This document shows positions 12,521 through 25,749 of a stretch of 64,000 nt of DNA, in pieces (position 1 is the stretch's first letter; every line of letters begins with the position of its first letter). Location of the stretch: contig NC_086109.1 in the NCBI RefSeq assembly GCF_963921235.1, forward strand, positions 18,726,001-18,790,000, given 5' to 3'. This DNA comes from Mobula hypostoma. Its lineage: Eukaryota. The notes under the pieces were generated by a model. It searched no databases, was not told the origin of the DNA, and saw only the letters and a program-made list of their open reading frames with translations. Both the position numbers and the translations under genes were made by a program.

Positions 12521-13939
12521 CAGCACCAGTTTCTTCATTTTGAAGCTTCTGCTCCCTGCTTCCCGGAATCTTCTCAGAGACAGCAAAGCACTGGATCACT
12601 CCATCGATCTCCAAACTGTAAATTAAAGGCTCTAACAGTTCCAGAAACAGATTTAAGAGAGAAAAAAAGAGATGTAAAAAAGTGAAATAAACAGTTTCAT
12701 GGTCTATCCAGAAGATATTGACTGAAGAAGCATTGTATGCAGGCACCATCTTGACTGGAAGTTCAGAACATTAGTCCTACCACGCTCAACCTTTTGATTT
12801 CTGACCTTGTATGTAAGATATTTCTATTGTATTGTATTGTATGTATTGTATTGTATTGTATTGTATGCAAGATATTTCTCCACAACCACTCTACTATCTG
12901 TTCTGGCACTCTGGTCCCTATCCCTCTGCAATTCTAGTTTAAACCCCTCTCTGTGCAGGACTAGCAAACCTTCCCACTGGGATAAAATTATTGATCCTGG
13001 TATCTTTTGACCCAGACATCAGAAGCCTACCAACTGAACCAAAGTTGAAACAAAGCAAAGATCATCCCTCCCCCAAGTTAACTGATGAAGAATCATTCTG
13101 TGTTGATTCCCATTGGAAGTACCTGAGTAGATGTGGTTGAACAGTCTGTAGCTCCTCCATTGGCTACCTGTGGATTTATAAGTTACTGTCTTTGATGCAT
13201 TACTTCCATTACACAACTATTAGCCTCTATATTAATGACATTTTATGAAATTTATAATTCAGAATTTCAATTGGAATTTGTCAATAATCATGATGACTGT
13301 GGTTATTAATATGCTCCATACTAAAGAACAAAGATAATCAATCATGGCACAATGTTAAGCAATAATTAATAAATATGCAAGTATTATACACACAGAATTC
13401 TCACATAATCCATCAATTTAGATCCTTTAAATTAGAAAATCTTTAATGGCCTGGAGCTAAGTTGAGAGAATAAGACAGTAATTACTTTTGGATCTACTAT
13501 TACAAATATCACAAAGTAACTTACCGCAACTGACATTAGATGAACACATCTTCATAAAATTCTGTTGAGCTTGATCCAAGCACAACACTTAGCACTTTGT
13601 AAAACTTAGTTTCAATGGTTGTTCAGAAGTTACTTTGCTTCTTTTCATACCCTTTGTCTCTGGTTGATAAAGTGGTTACCAAAAGTGACCATTGTACAAC
13701 CAGATGTCTCATAATGAGATAGGGGTTATATGTTTAGCAAATGATCTCAGAGGTACAAAGGGCGATGTAGTGAGGGAGGCTGAAGGTTGATGCCTATACA
13801 TAGGGAATATTGAGAAGATCCACTTGTGAGTAGGGATGAATGTGTAAACGACAAGATGTAGAAGCCAGAGGAGGTCACTCACCCCCTTAATCCTACTCTA
13901 GTATATACTAAGATCATGGGTGATCTAATCTTCTCCTCA

Positions 13940-14860
13940 TCTTTGGCAGTGCTGTAGAACAGAGGGACCTAGAAGTACAAGTCTATGATTCCTTGAAAGT
14001 GGCATCACAGGTAGACAGGGTGATGAACAAGGCTTCTAGATTTCATCACTCTGGACAATGACTGCAGAGGCTGGGGTTTTACATTACAGTTGTACAAGAC
14101 ATAAGCAGGGCCACATCTGGAATATTGCATCCCGTTTTGGTCACCCTGCTACAGGAAAGAGGGCATTAAGCTGGAAAGAGTGTAGAGGAGATTTAACAGG
14201 GATTTTGCCAGGATTTGAGTGAGGTTGAGCAGTGGGAATTTTTTCATTGGTATGTAGGAGAAGGAAAGGTGAATTTATAAAGATTTATTTAGAGATACAG
14301 TTTGGAAGTGGGACTTCCAGCCCCACAAGCTGCATTGCTTGGCAACCCACTTATTAACCCTAGCCTAATCACAGGACAATTTACAATGACCAGTTAACCT
14401 AGTGGCTGATATATCTTTGGAGGACCTGGAGAAAATGTACAAACTCCTTAGAGACAGCACTAGAATTGAACTCTGGACTCTGGAACTCCATCAGCTGTAA
14501 TAACATTTTGCTAACTGTTTGACTACTGTGGTGCATTCAGGGTATAAAATTATGAGCGGCATTGTTAGGGTGAATGCACACAGTCATTTTTTCCAGGGCT
14601 GGAGAATCAAGAACTACATGTTTAAGGTGAGAGGGGAAGGATTGAAAGGGACCCTGAGTGGCAAATTTTTCACCAATGGTCAATATGTGGAATGAGCTGC
14701 AAAAGGAGTGGTTAAGGCAGGTACATTCACAACATTTAAAAGACACTCGAGTAGGTAGATGAATAGAAATGGTTTAGAGGGCAAAGGAAGGCAAATGGGA
14801 TAGCTTAGATCAGAGTCATGGTCAGTATAGACCAGTTAGGCCAAAGGGCACATCTCCATT
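13940..14860 (+). mobile_element. CR1 LINE 3' fragment interrupted by a SINE
   Basis: Similar to 32100-32800; SINE remnant at ~14280-14535 splits it. Confidence 0.7.
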
Positions 14861-15186
14861 CTCAACTTCCTGGCTCAACTCTCTCTAAAAGATCAATAAT
14901 TCATCCATTTCAGCCTTGAATATATTCAGTGATTCAGTCTCCATAACATTCTGGAGTAGAAACTTTCTAAGGTCCATTGCATGCTGAACAAGTTGTTTGT
15001 TTTCATCTCCATTTTAAAAGGCATTGAGGAAGAATGTCTTTTCCATCCGCTGACTGGTTAGAATGTGGAAGACACTGTCTGAGTGGGCTGTAGAAGCCAA
15101 GATTCTCACAATGGTTAAGAGATATTTGGACAAGCACTTGAATTGCCAAGGCATAGAAAGCTACAGGCCAAGTTCTGGGTGAAATA

Positions 15187-15513
15187 CACTCACTGGTCAC
15201 TTTATTAGATAATGAGCAGATGGGTAAGCTAATCAGCCAATCATGTGGCAGCAACTCGATACACAAAAGTGTGCAGACATGGTCAAGAGGCTCAGTTGTT
15301 GTTCAGGCCAAACATCAGAATGGAGAAGAATTGTGATCTAAGTGACGTTGACTGTGGAATGATTGTTGGTGCCAGACAGGGTGATTTGAGTATCACAGAA
15401 ACTGCTGATCTCCTGAGCTTACAGGAGCTTTCAGAGGATGGTATGAAAAACAAATAAAAAACATCCAGTGAGTGATGTGTGCAGGAGGTATCTAATAAGG
15501 TGATCAGTGAGTG
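15187..15513 (+). mobile_element. Tc1/mariner non-autonomous element (deleted copy)
   Basis: TA-flanked TIRs CACTCACTGGTCACTTTATTAG / CTAATAAGGTGATCAGTGAGTG; DLSDVDCGMIVGARQG transposase HTH remnant. Confidence 0.8.
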
Positions 15514-16124
15514 TATGTAAGATGAAAAATCATAGTCGTTTCCTAAGTTATGGGAGTCTAAAACAGGGAGCATATATTTTAAGATGAGTAGGGTAAGATT
15601 TACAAAGGAACTAAGGAGAAACTTTTACACATGGAGGCAGGTAGTTAAATAGAATGAACTGTCAGAGATAGGCACAATAACAACATTTAAAATGCAGTTA
15701 AACAAGTTCATGGATAGGAAGGGTTTGAAGGGATATGGGCCAAATGCAGATACATGGAACTAGCTCAGTAGGCACTTTGGTCAGCATGGATGGGTCGGGT
15801 TTATGGGCTGGTTTCAAAGTTGTATAATGTATGACTCTAAGGTTCTTGCATGATTTTCTTTTTAGTTACCTAGAGAGTTTTGGAAGAAGATTTTGATACA
15901 GGAATGAGTGATGTTGTCAGTTTTTTGTCCCGTTTATGTTCCTGTGTAAGAGTTTATATTTCAAGTACAATATAATGGGATAAAGCATGCCTGTGTGCTT
16001 GATCAGCCTGGAGTTTTGGAAACCACACTGGTGAGGAATGTGATGGAGGTGTTTGTGATGCCCCTTGTGAGGCTTGCCAGGTGGAGTGAGACAGACCAGG
16101 CAAGATTTGGGGGTACAAGTTGAC

Positions 16125-16495
16125 ACAGCATGTAGCGAGACTGTGAGGAAGGACAGGCAGTTGATAGGACAAAACTACTGTCAGTGGGATGGGTTGCAGT
16201 GCGTCTATTTTAATCCAAGAAGTATCAGGAACAAGGGTGATGAATTTAGAACATAGGACAGTAGATGGAACCGTGACATTGTGGCCATTACAGAGACTTG
16301 GCCGTCACAGGGGCAGGAATGGCTGCTGGATGTTCCAAGGTTTAGATGTCTCAATAGAGACAGGAAGGGAGGTAGAAGTGGTGGGGGGGGGGCTGGTGGC
16401 ATTGCCAATTGGGGAGAATGTCACATTTGCAGAAAGGGAGGAGTTTGTAGCAGGATTGTCTACTGAGTCAATGTGTGTGGTAAATAGAGTTCAAA
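16125..16495 (+). mobile_element. CR1 fragment covering the start of the ORF2 endonuclease
   Basis: LQCVYFNPRSIRNK and AITETW..GQEWLLDVP, homologous to 29940-30220. Confidence 0.75.
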
Positions 16496-18468
16496 ATTGG
16501 GGACCATAATTTATTATGAGTAAATACAGGGTTTTAGGGGAAAGATCGTGTAAGGAATATCGTGGTGGAATCAAAGGGAAGCTGATTGGCTTGTGATTAT
16601 CTCAGCTCTGTATTGTTATTGAGATAAAGGGCAACGCTAAGCCTAGAAATGTGGAAATCAAGACAGATATTGCTCTGCTAAATCAATAGTATCAAGTATT
16701 GATTACTAAACTAAAAGTAATAAGTGTAAATAAAGTAAAAGTAATAAGATAAGTGTGACTAATTAGGAGGCTTCAAAATTAGAATATTATAGGCCCCTGG
16801 AAGCTGGTTAACTTTAGTGAAAGTCTCGTAAGTAGATTCTTGGTAGGACGTCTGGGGTCCCATTTCATGCACATCTTGACTCTATGATGCTTCTCATGCC
16901 CTGCATGATCCTATATTGGGGAAGCATCATTAGCTGGAGAACTGGGTTCTGATGAAGTACCATCAGCCAGTAAGGTTAACTCTGTTTCTCCTACCTCAGA
17001 TCAGGGCTGAACTGATGAGTATTTTCAGCATTCTCTCCACTTATTTCAGGTCTCGAACAGCTGCGGTGTTTTGGTACAGAAGTCTGATTTCACTCATCTT
17101 TGGAATACTAAATTTGTACATAACACTAACATCATTTTGATTCACACCTGCAAAGAATTGTGAAATTGGCCACAAAGCTATTTAATAAATCATTAGCATG
17201 GGTAGAAGTCAGAATGCTTGGCGAACACACACTTGTGAGGTATCCAATAGTAGTCCCATGCCGCACTGTTCATTGGTAAGGGTTTTAAAACTTAAAGGCT
17301 CGTCTTCTGTGCTGGTAACTGAAGCAGCTGACATATGTAGGAGGAGTGAAACACGGATGAAGGGTTCATGCTCATTACCAGTGTGTGGGCTGCTCCCGCA
17401 AGATTATTGGCTCTGTTGAGATCGGTACCTGGAAGGGATGATCAATAAGTCAGTGATTTTGTCATATAGTTCAATGTGGCTTCATAGAAAAGTAGCAATT
17501 AGTAGCTGGACAATAGTAAGGAGTGCTAAAATACTGTGGGTGTAGAAAACCCTGGCAGTGTGAAAGACATCAGGTTCAATTTCAACATTTAAGAGAAGTT
17601 TGGATAAATACGTGGATGAGAGGAGCATGGAGGCCTATGGTCCAAGTGCAGGGCAATTGGACTAAGCAGAATAGTAGTTCTATACAGACTAGATGGGCTG
17701 AAGGGCCTGTTTCTGTGCTGTGACACTATGAATCTTTGTAATCAATGTGTTTCTTTAAGGAAGAAAGCCCTCAACATGCTGTATATATTAGAGGAACTGT
17801 AGGAACTAAAACATTAGCCAAGTCCTAAAGAAATTGATAAATCCGAATGTTCCCAAACTGGGTTCCACGGATCCCTGACACAATGACACAGCTTGACCCC
17901 GGGATTCAACACTTTGAACAATTTGACGATAGGGACGCAAATATAAAATTTTCAGGTTTGTTGATTAAAGTGAACATGAAGGGTCTGTGATTAAGGAGGA
18001 GAAGGATATGAGACAGATTCTAGCCAATTCCTAGTGAGGACACGCCCATCAAAAATTGCCCAGCCTTCAATAAAAAATGATTGCTAACAGGATCTAGTCC
18101 AGATTAAACCCTTTCCATATGTGGTTTCCATATAAAAAGGTACCAATGAACCGATTTTCTACACCTTAATTTTTAAATGAGCACGAGTTAAGGCATATTT
18201 TAGTACTGGGTATGTGATGGTGCAGAGTATACCTACAAGTATATAGAAAGGGTTAGAGAGATATAGTCCTGATTAATTTTAGGCTGGGCTAGGGTTGTTT
18301 TCTTTGGAATATAGGTGTCAAGGCGAGACCAAATCGAGAGTAATACCATTGTGAGTTCTCCATATTGGGTTTTATAAGATGGACCTATTTCTCTCGGTGG
18401 TGAGGTTGATAACTAGGGGGCATAAGTTTAGTAATTAATTGGCAGATTACAGTTAAATTGAGGAAATA

Positions 18469-18994
18469 CACTCAGTGGCCACTTTATTAGGTACACCTGT
18501 ACACCTGTTTGTTAATGCAAACATCTAATCAGCCAATCATATAGCAACAAGTCAATGCATAAGCGCATGCGAGCATGGTCAAGAGGTACAGCTGTTGGTC
18601 AGACCAAACACAGAAAGGGGAAGAAATGCGATCTAAGTGACTTTGACCGTGGAATGATTCTTGGAGCTAGGTGGGGTGGCTTGAGAATATCAGAAACTAT
18701 TGAACTTCTGGCATCTTCATGCACAACAGTCTCCAGCGTTCACGGAGAATGGTGAGAAAAACAAAATTCATCCAATGAGTGGCAGCTCTGTGGGCGAAAA
18801 TATCCTGTTTGTGGTTCAAGCTGACAGGAAGGGGATAGTAACTCAAATAACCACATGTCACAACAGTGATGAGCAGAAGAGCATCTCTGAATGTGTAACA
18901 TGTCAAAACTTGAAGTGGATAGGCTACAGCAGCAGGAGTCCATGAACATACACTCAATGGTCTTTTTATTAGGTAAGGAAGGTGACCACTGATT
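18469..18994 (+). mobile_element. Tc1/mariner non-autonomous element inserted in a CR1 remnant
   Basis: TA + TIR CACTCAGTGGCCACTTTATTAGGTACA; KKCDLSDFDRGMILGAR..KSISE..LKWIGYSSR transposase N-terminal remnant. Confidence 0.85.
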
Positions 18995-19814
18995 ATATTC
19001 TCTTCACTCAAAGAATGGCAAGGGTGTGAAACTCGTAGTTGGAAAGGGTGATGGAGGCAGATATTCCTTAGTATGTTTAAAGTCTTGATTAAGTACTTGA
19101 AGATCTGTAACCTAGAAATCTATGGATTGAGAGCAGTTAAAATAGATCAGTCAAAGTGGCTTTTTTATTAGCAAAGGGGATGTAATGGGCTGAATGGCTT
19201 CTTACTGCGCTACAGCTTTCTCCGATTCTACATAAGCTTCTACTGAAGAAGAGGGAGAATAATGCATACAAAGCACAGAGAGAGTCACTTGTGGTTTCAA
19301 TTATTAATCCACAAGTTAATTTGGACTCTATATCATGCAAAAATAAATTAATTTATGGAGCTCATTATCTAACAGTAAAAGCATACTTATCTGCAAAGTA
19401 ACTCGTACTATTTAGCATATGCAAAACCTCCTCCATCCTTGGTTCTAGCTATTTGATGGATCCTGACGTGCAGGAACTTGGTGTTGCTTTGTAAAGCCAC
19501 CCACCGGCACTGAATCAGGACTGGCCATTAAGCTCTGCTATTTAGCATTCTCGCATCAGATGTGTCTTTATTCTGGTTTTCATAGTGTTTTTCTGTGCTG
19601 CATAAGATCTGGAGTTACACTTCTTTCATCCTCCTTTACACTTGTGTACTGGAAATGACATTAAACAATCTTGAATCTTGAATCGGGCAACAAACTCATG
19701 CCCCATGAGACTGGGTGAAAGGCAGTTGGAGTGAAAGAAGGCACATACACACTTATATACATGAGATGGAATAGGACAGAGAAAAACACATGTAACAGCA
19801 GAAACTGAGAAAGC

Positions 19815-20205
19815 TAAATACAGGACTTTATTCTCGAGAGCGTAGGAGAATGCGAGGGAAACTTAATAGAGTGCACAAAATTATGAGGGTATAGCTGGGG
19901 TAAATGCAAGGAGTTCTTTTCCAGTGAGGTTAGGTGTGCCTAGAACTAGAGGTCATTGGTTACGAGTCAAATGTGAAATATTTAAGCAAAACCTGAGGGG
20001 GATCTTCTTCACTTAGAGGTTGGTGTGAGTGTGGAACAAGTAGAAGTGGTGGATGTAGATTTGATTTTAACACTGAAGAGAAATTTAGTTAAGTACATGG
20101 ATAGGAGACGTATGGGGGTCTATAGTCCAGGTGTGGGTCAATCCGACAATGCAGAGACAAGATGGGCTGAAGGGCCTGCTGCTGTGCTGTAGTCCTCTAT
20201 GACTG
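19815..20205 (+). mobile_element. CR1 LINE 3' fragment
   Basis: Homologous to 32410-32810. Confidence 0.75.
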
Positions 20206-20209
20206 TGAC

Positions 20210-20347
20210 AAGGCCGAGACAACTACAAGAAGCGGAGAAGAGAGAAGAAGCGACAGAGAGAGACAGAATCAAAGGTGAAGGAGAGACAGAGGAAGAACGT
20301 GACTCATGCAAAGAGGGAGAGAGAGCAGGAGTGACAGAAGCACATTT

Positions 20348-20382
<35 letters not shown>

Positions 20383-20630
20383 TACACTGGTGATAACGAG
20401 AGTGAGAGAGGCTCACACCACACATAGAGAGAAAGAGAGAGATTCAAATGGAATATATAAAGCCAGGTTCAGAAGAAATGTACACAAAAACAGAAAGAGA
20501 ATGAGCGATAGAAAGTGGTAGTTGATAGATGCACAACCTAAGGAAGAATTACAGAAGGGAAAAAACAAACAGAGAAGGCCAGTGAAAAAGAAATAAGCAC
20601 ACATACACAGAGACTGTAAGAGAGAGAGAG

Positions 20631-20661
<31 letters not shown>

Positions 20662-20700
20662 GGAGAGAGAAAGGAAAAGGAAGGGGGATAGAGATACTGA
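20210..20700 (+). repeat. Purine-rich low-complexity tract with (GA)n microsatellites
   Basis: (GA)n runs at ~20351-20377 and ~20620-20670. Confidence 0.9.
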
Positions 20701-22284
20701 CAAAATCTAAACTCCCTGCCCTTCTGTCTCTGCATAAAAAAGGCACTGTACTCTTTTGGGGAAGTTACTGTCAAGAGATGTTTAGCCTCGGAGGCTGAAA
20801 TTGATTGTGTATACAGGGAGGTGATTGGGTGTGAATAATTGGGCTCTAATTTAATTGCAGGGGTCTAGATGAAATCATAAAACACGAGAAACAGCTTGAG
20901 ACCCCCAGAGATTAAATTACAGTCTGATTACTCATTCCCTGTCATCTGTTATAATATGTGCCATGACCTCAGCAGAAGGTAGACGGTTGTAATGATAAGT
21001 AAGAGTAATGGTAAAATCACACTGATTAAACACAATAAGAAGCCATTGCGATCTGCTTTTAATGAGCGGGGGCAAATGTCCCATGGCTTTTACATGAGGG
21101 TGGCATGCCAAGAGCAGATTAGAGCTGAGCTCATGCAGCCTTCAGTTTGCTGTGTGATGCACTCCCACCAGGTTTTACAATGCTATTGTTACACTGAATT
21201 AACAGTTCAGAATCCAGCCATTTGGCACAACCGAAAGACATTCCATGCAAACACTCCCTCAACAGCCTCCATTTGATTCAATTCTTTTACACTTCAGGAT
21301 GTTTTACTGGGAAGGCCAGATTTATTGCCCATTCCTAACTGCCATTTGGAATGTGGTGCCAAGGGGAAGTCCTTCTGATGAACTTACTGCCATTTAGACC
21401 CAGAAACGGAGAAGAAAGGCACAGCAATATATTTCTAAGCGAGTGTGGTGTGTGATGTGGATAGAAGCCTGCAGATGGTGATATTTCTATGCACCACAGT
21501 GCTGGCACTCCACTACAGTATGGATACCGGTCAGTAACACAATGAGCACCATCACAATATTGTGTTGAACTCAGCCTCTGAAGTTCACCTCATTGACCAG
21601 GAACAGAATTTTGGACAGAGAGAATCAGATGCTACCAATGTCACAGAGCATAGTTAGCACCACTGATTGCGGATAAAGTTCGAGGTAAATGCCTTTTGGT
21701 TAACCCCTTAAACTAGGACCAACTGGTCAAGACAAACAATCTCATGATCTTAAAGGAGTGCAACGGGATCCTCTCTGGTGTCCCCACCAATATTTACTTC
21801 TTAATGTCACATATTTAAACTAACAGAGATTAATTGATACAGTGCCACGTTGCTGTTTGTGGAAGATCTCTGTGCACTAATTAATCTTTGCTTCACAGCA
21901 ATTACTTCATTTTAGGGGGATTTCCTTTTCTCCAAAGGTTTTCAGGAAATTCTGATGGTGCAAGAAGCACAACATGAATGAAGCTTTCTCTTCTTTTAAG
22001 TTAGGAAATTTGGCAATCATTCTGTCTAAGATATGGTCCCAGAGTGAGCCCTGATGAGGCTTCATCAATGATGCTAAGGAAAAATAATAACAGATATAGT
22101 GAGAACTTTTCTTCATCATCTCTGAGCAGGATCATGTGCTCAGGTCCTTGTGGGGAATAAACCTATAACTTTCTGTGTCAAAAGTATGATTGCTATTAAT
22201 GAAACCGTTGCAGGAGAGACATGTATGGTCATTTAATTTTGAGTTCTTTTTGAAGGGAACGTAAAGGGATACGAGATGCATTTC

Positions 22285-22460
22285 AGAGCAACAGACACAA
22301 AATGCTGGAGGAACTCAGTAGGTCAGGCAGCATCTATGGAAATGAATAAACAGTCAACATTTCAGGCCCAGAATCTTCTTCAGGACTAGAAAGGAAGAGG
22401 GAAGGACTGGTTTTGGGGCCCTGAATGGAGGGGAGTGGGGAGGTGAATGGGCAGGTGTAG
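22285..22460 (-). mobile_element. Penelope-like pseudo-LTR with hammerhead motif
   Basis: Minus strand of 22351-22388 reads TAGTC-CTGAAGA-AGATTCTGGGCCT-GAAA-TG-TT-GACTG. Confidence 0.7.
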
Positions 22461-22474
22461 TACTTCTGCCAGTT

Positions 22475-22813
22475 GCAGGATTACGTGCCTTTTCCTAAAT
22501 TTCTTCAACCAGCCTGTTGAATATTCATAATTACCTTCAATTTTCAGTTTGTTGTGATAGATCTCTGCTTGTTTCATGATCATCAGACCATTAAGTAGCA
22601 TATGTTCACTCTGACGCTGACGAATCCACTCTTTCAATACACATTCAAGATGTTCCTTTTTTGCTTTATGCAGTATTTTCTAATTTTCATTAACATCTGT
22701 TCACTACATATGTGAGGTCACTTCTCAGAACTGTCTGTGGTACGTAGAGACCAGTGCATCAAATTTCAGAGGTTTTCGGATTTTAGAATTTCAGATAAGG
22801 GGTACGCAACCTG
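22475..22813 (-). mobile_element. Tigger/pogo transposon fragment (CENP-B-type HTH remnant)
   Basis: EWIRQRQSEHMLLNGLMIMKQA..YSTGWLKKFRKRH; Tigger-like terminus GATAAGGGGTACGCAACCTG followed by TA. Confidence 0.8.
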
Positions 22814-22928
22814 TATCTTTGTTTGAAAAAACATTTAGGTTTTTTCTGCAAATACATGTCATTTACCCATTTCAATCTGGTTGACAGAGGACAAAACCAT
22901 GGCTTGTTGGTGCTCAAATAGGAAGTCA

Positions 22929-23469
22929 CACTTACTGTCCACTTTATTAGGTACACCTGCTCATTAATGCATATATTTAATCAGCCAATCATGTGGCTGC
23001 AATGCAATGCATGAAAGCATGCTGATGTGGTCAAGAGGTTCAGTTGTTGTTCAGACCAAACATCAGATGGGGGAAAAATATGATCTAAGTGACTTTGACA
23101 GTGGAGTGGTTGTTGGTGTCAGACAGGGTGGTGTGAATATCTCAGAAATTGCTGACCTCCTAGGATTTTCTCGCACAACATCCTTTAGAGTTTACAGAGA
23201 ATTGTGCAAAAAACAAAATACACCCAGTGAATGGTAGTTCTGTGGGCGAAATTGCCTTGTTGATGAGAGAGATCAGAGGGGAAAGGCCAGACTGATTGAG
23301 GATGACAGTAACTTAAATAACCACGCATTACCACAGTGGTGTGCATCACCGAATGCACAACACATTGAACCTCGAAATGGATGGACTACAGCAGCAGAAG
23401 ACCATGGACATACACTCAGCGAGCCATTTAGTAGGTACAGGAAATATCTAATAAAGTGCCCGCTGAGGG
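22929..23469 (+). mobile_element. Tc1/mariner non-autonomous element
   Basis: Same family as 18469-18994; DLSDFDSGVVVGVRQGG..IADLLGFSRTT..RVYRE; decayed TIRs at both ends. Confidence 0.85.
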
Positions 23470-23567
23470 TATTTCAGCAGAACTTACCAGGACAGGGAAG
23501 CCTGCAATGACCGTGTCCTCTCCCGCTGTGAACGGAAGCACATTGACACTGGGGTATTCCAATCATG

Positions 23568-23732
23568 AACAAGAGAAAATCTGCAGATGCTAGAAATCCA
23601 AGCATCACACACAAAATGCTGGAGGAACTCAGCATTTGTGCCGAAGGGTCTCGGCCCAAAACGTCGGCTGTACCCTTTCCTATAGGCGCTGCCTGGCCCA
23701 CTGAGTTCCTCCAGCATTTTGTGTGTGTTGCC
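23568..23732. mobile_element. Penelope-like pseudo-LTR inverted (hairpin) insertion
   Basis: CACACACAAAATGCTGGAGGAACTCAG versus CTGAGTTCCTCCAGCATTTTGTGTGTG; right arm starts inside the hammerhead (CGAAGGGTCTCGGCCCAAAACGTC). Confidence 0.75.
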
Positions 23733-24169
23733 TGACACAAGTGGTAATGCTCCTGCCTCACAGCTTCAATCCCAACCCCTAGAGCTGTCAATGGTTTCCC
23801 ATTCTGTAACACCTCCTGGTGCTTCAATTTCCTCACATCTCCCAAAGACATGTGGAACTGTTGGTTAATTAGCATGTATGGGTGGTAGGAGACTTGGGAG
23901 TTAATGCTAGTGTTGTGAAACAGGTTTCAAGGAAATAAATATACAGGGAATGCTTATTGAAGGTGTTGGCTTCCTGAATGGTATTCATTTAGCCTAATGC
24001 CTCCTGTACTGTTCCTTCTGTGCTAGCCGGGCAGTAACTGAAATACTCCCATGCACATAGTCTTTGTGGCCAAGCAGCTAGGATTTCCTTTTATATCATG
24101 TTAATATTAAAGTGCAGCACAGTTTTCAAGGCCATGTTAAAATGTCCAAGTCAGAGCAAAGGTTGCTGT

Positions 24170-25000
24170 TGTTACGTACCCCGTATCTGGGTTGCCAAAC
24201 CAGCAGAAATGGACCACTTAGTTGGAGTCTGGTTTAACAGAAGCTAATAAAGTTTTATTAACGAAATAAGTAACACAGTACTCTAATCGTAAGGATATAA
24301 ATGCAACAGGTTAGCAATGATAAAACACACATACACAGAACTAGGGTAATAGGAATCAACCAAGCTCTATCGCAGTCTAGGGGTAAAATGATCAGTCTCA
24401 AGTGACGCAGAGTTCATTTCAGCTTAGTACTGTTCGCAGTAATTGCTGTTGTGCCATTGGAGAGAGAGAGATAGAGATATGCAAATCTGATTCAGCAGAC
24501 CTTTGATGTTCTTCGCAGTTGGCTTTTGGGCGGACCCTTTGTTATGTCTTCTGTGGTCACCGACTGTGACCCCTCCGCTCCGGATATGACCGTTCTTCCA
24601 TGGTGAACCCGGCACCCAGGCAAGGGCGGACACACACACCAGGTTCCCGCTGATCGTACCCTTTCACCCTATGCGTCCATGGTCGGTTCCCGCAACCAGA
24701 CCTCCAAACTCCACCAACTTGTGGGGGCACACCGCTCTTCCAGGGTCTCGTTATCTCGTGATCTCGTGGTGTGTGTCGTGCCTTAGCGAACCTGTTCTTT
24801 TTATCCCCCTGCTGGGGTATCGCCTGTCCATCAAACTTCAAACAGTTCAGGTTCAAAGCAACCAGTCTGTCAATATTCTGCAATGTGTTTCTTTCTTATT
24901 AATCTCTCTCTTCTCTCATTAGCATTTTGAATGTTTCTCCATTGTCTCACTTATCCCTCTCATCAGTATCAATCTTCTGATAACTTGGTTTGTCGTCACA
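24170..25000 (-). repeat. 3' LTR of the Gmr1-like element
   Basis: TGTTACG...GTCACA termini; near-identical to 28220-29063; adjacent polypurine tract AAAGGATAGGGG on the minus strand (25001-25013). Confidence 0.95.
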
Positions 25001-25118
25001 CCCCTATCCTTTAAAGGATTTTTACCGGGGTAAAAATTAGAGGCATGAGTACATTATTAGATACACACTAATATACAGGGTCATCAGCTATTCGGCTAAT
25101 ACAGAGAACTTTAAGTTT

Positions 25119-25740
25119 TCAACACCTTGACAGACAGTCAGCAATCACATTTTCCGTTCCTTTTATATGTGTTATTTTAATGTCCTCTAAGACCAGGCTC
25201 CAACTTAGCAACCTTTTGTTTTTATCCTTCATAGTGGCCAAAAACACTAATGGGTTGTGATCAGTGTAAATTCTCAGTGGTTTCCGTCCCGGACAAATAT
25301 AACAAGGGTCGTCCCACACAAACTTAGCATTCTTTGGCAAGAGCTTAGTAAGAGGGAGGGTAATATCCGCAAAGTTTTTGCAAAACTTCTGATAGTACCT
25401 CATCATCCCCAAGAACCTTCTCAGAGTTCTCTTGTCTGTCAGGGTGGGGACTTCAGAGATAGCCTTCACCTTAGCCTACATCGGAGCCAGCTGCCCCTGT
25501 CCTACCACAAATCCCATATGTGACCTTCACGTGGCCGAATTCACTTTTTGTGAGGTTCACTGTCAGGTTGGCTTCAAACAGCCATTTAAACAGCTCCTCT
25601 ACTGCCACAATGTGCTCCTCCCACGTGTCACTCCAGACCACTAAATCGTCAATATACGGTTCTGCGTTCCTTAGCCCTTTTGTCACTGAATTAATCATCC
25701 TATGGGGGTGTTGCTTACTAGGCTGACCTGATGTGACAAT
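25119..25740 (-). pseudogene. Deleted RT/RNase H remnant
   Basis: YIDDLVVWSDTWEEH (RT catalytic motif), LRRFLGM, IYTDHNPL and HIKGTENVIADCLSR (RNase H end); frameshifted, with large parts missing. Confidence 0.9.
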
Positions 25741-25749
25741 AACACCATG

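Noticed and set aside
13500..13570. Possible minus-strand exon with GTAAGT donor
   Set aside because: No polypyrimidine tract and no coding support.
15915..16890. LTR/ERV-like sequence around the CR1 fragment (also ~41170-41560)
   Set aside because: No paired repeat, termini or TSD could be established.
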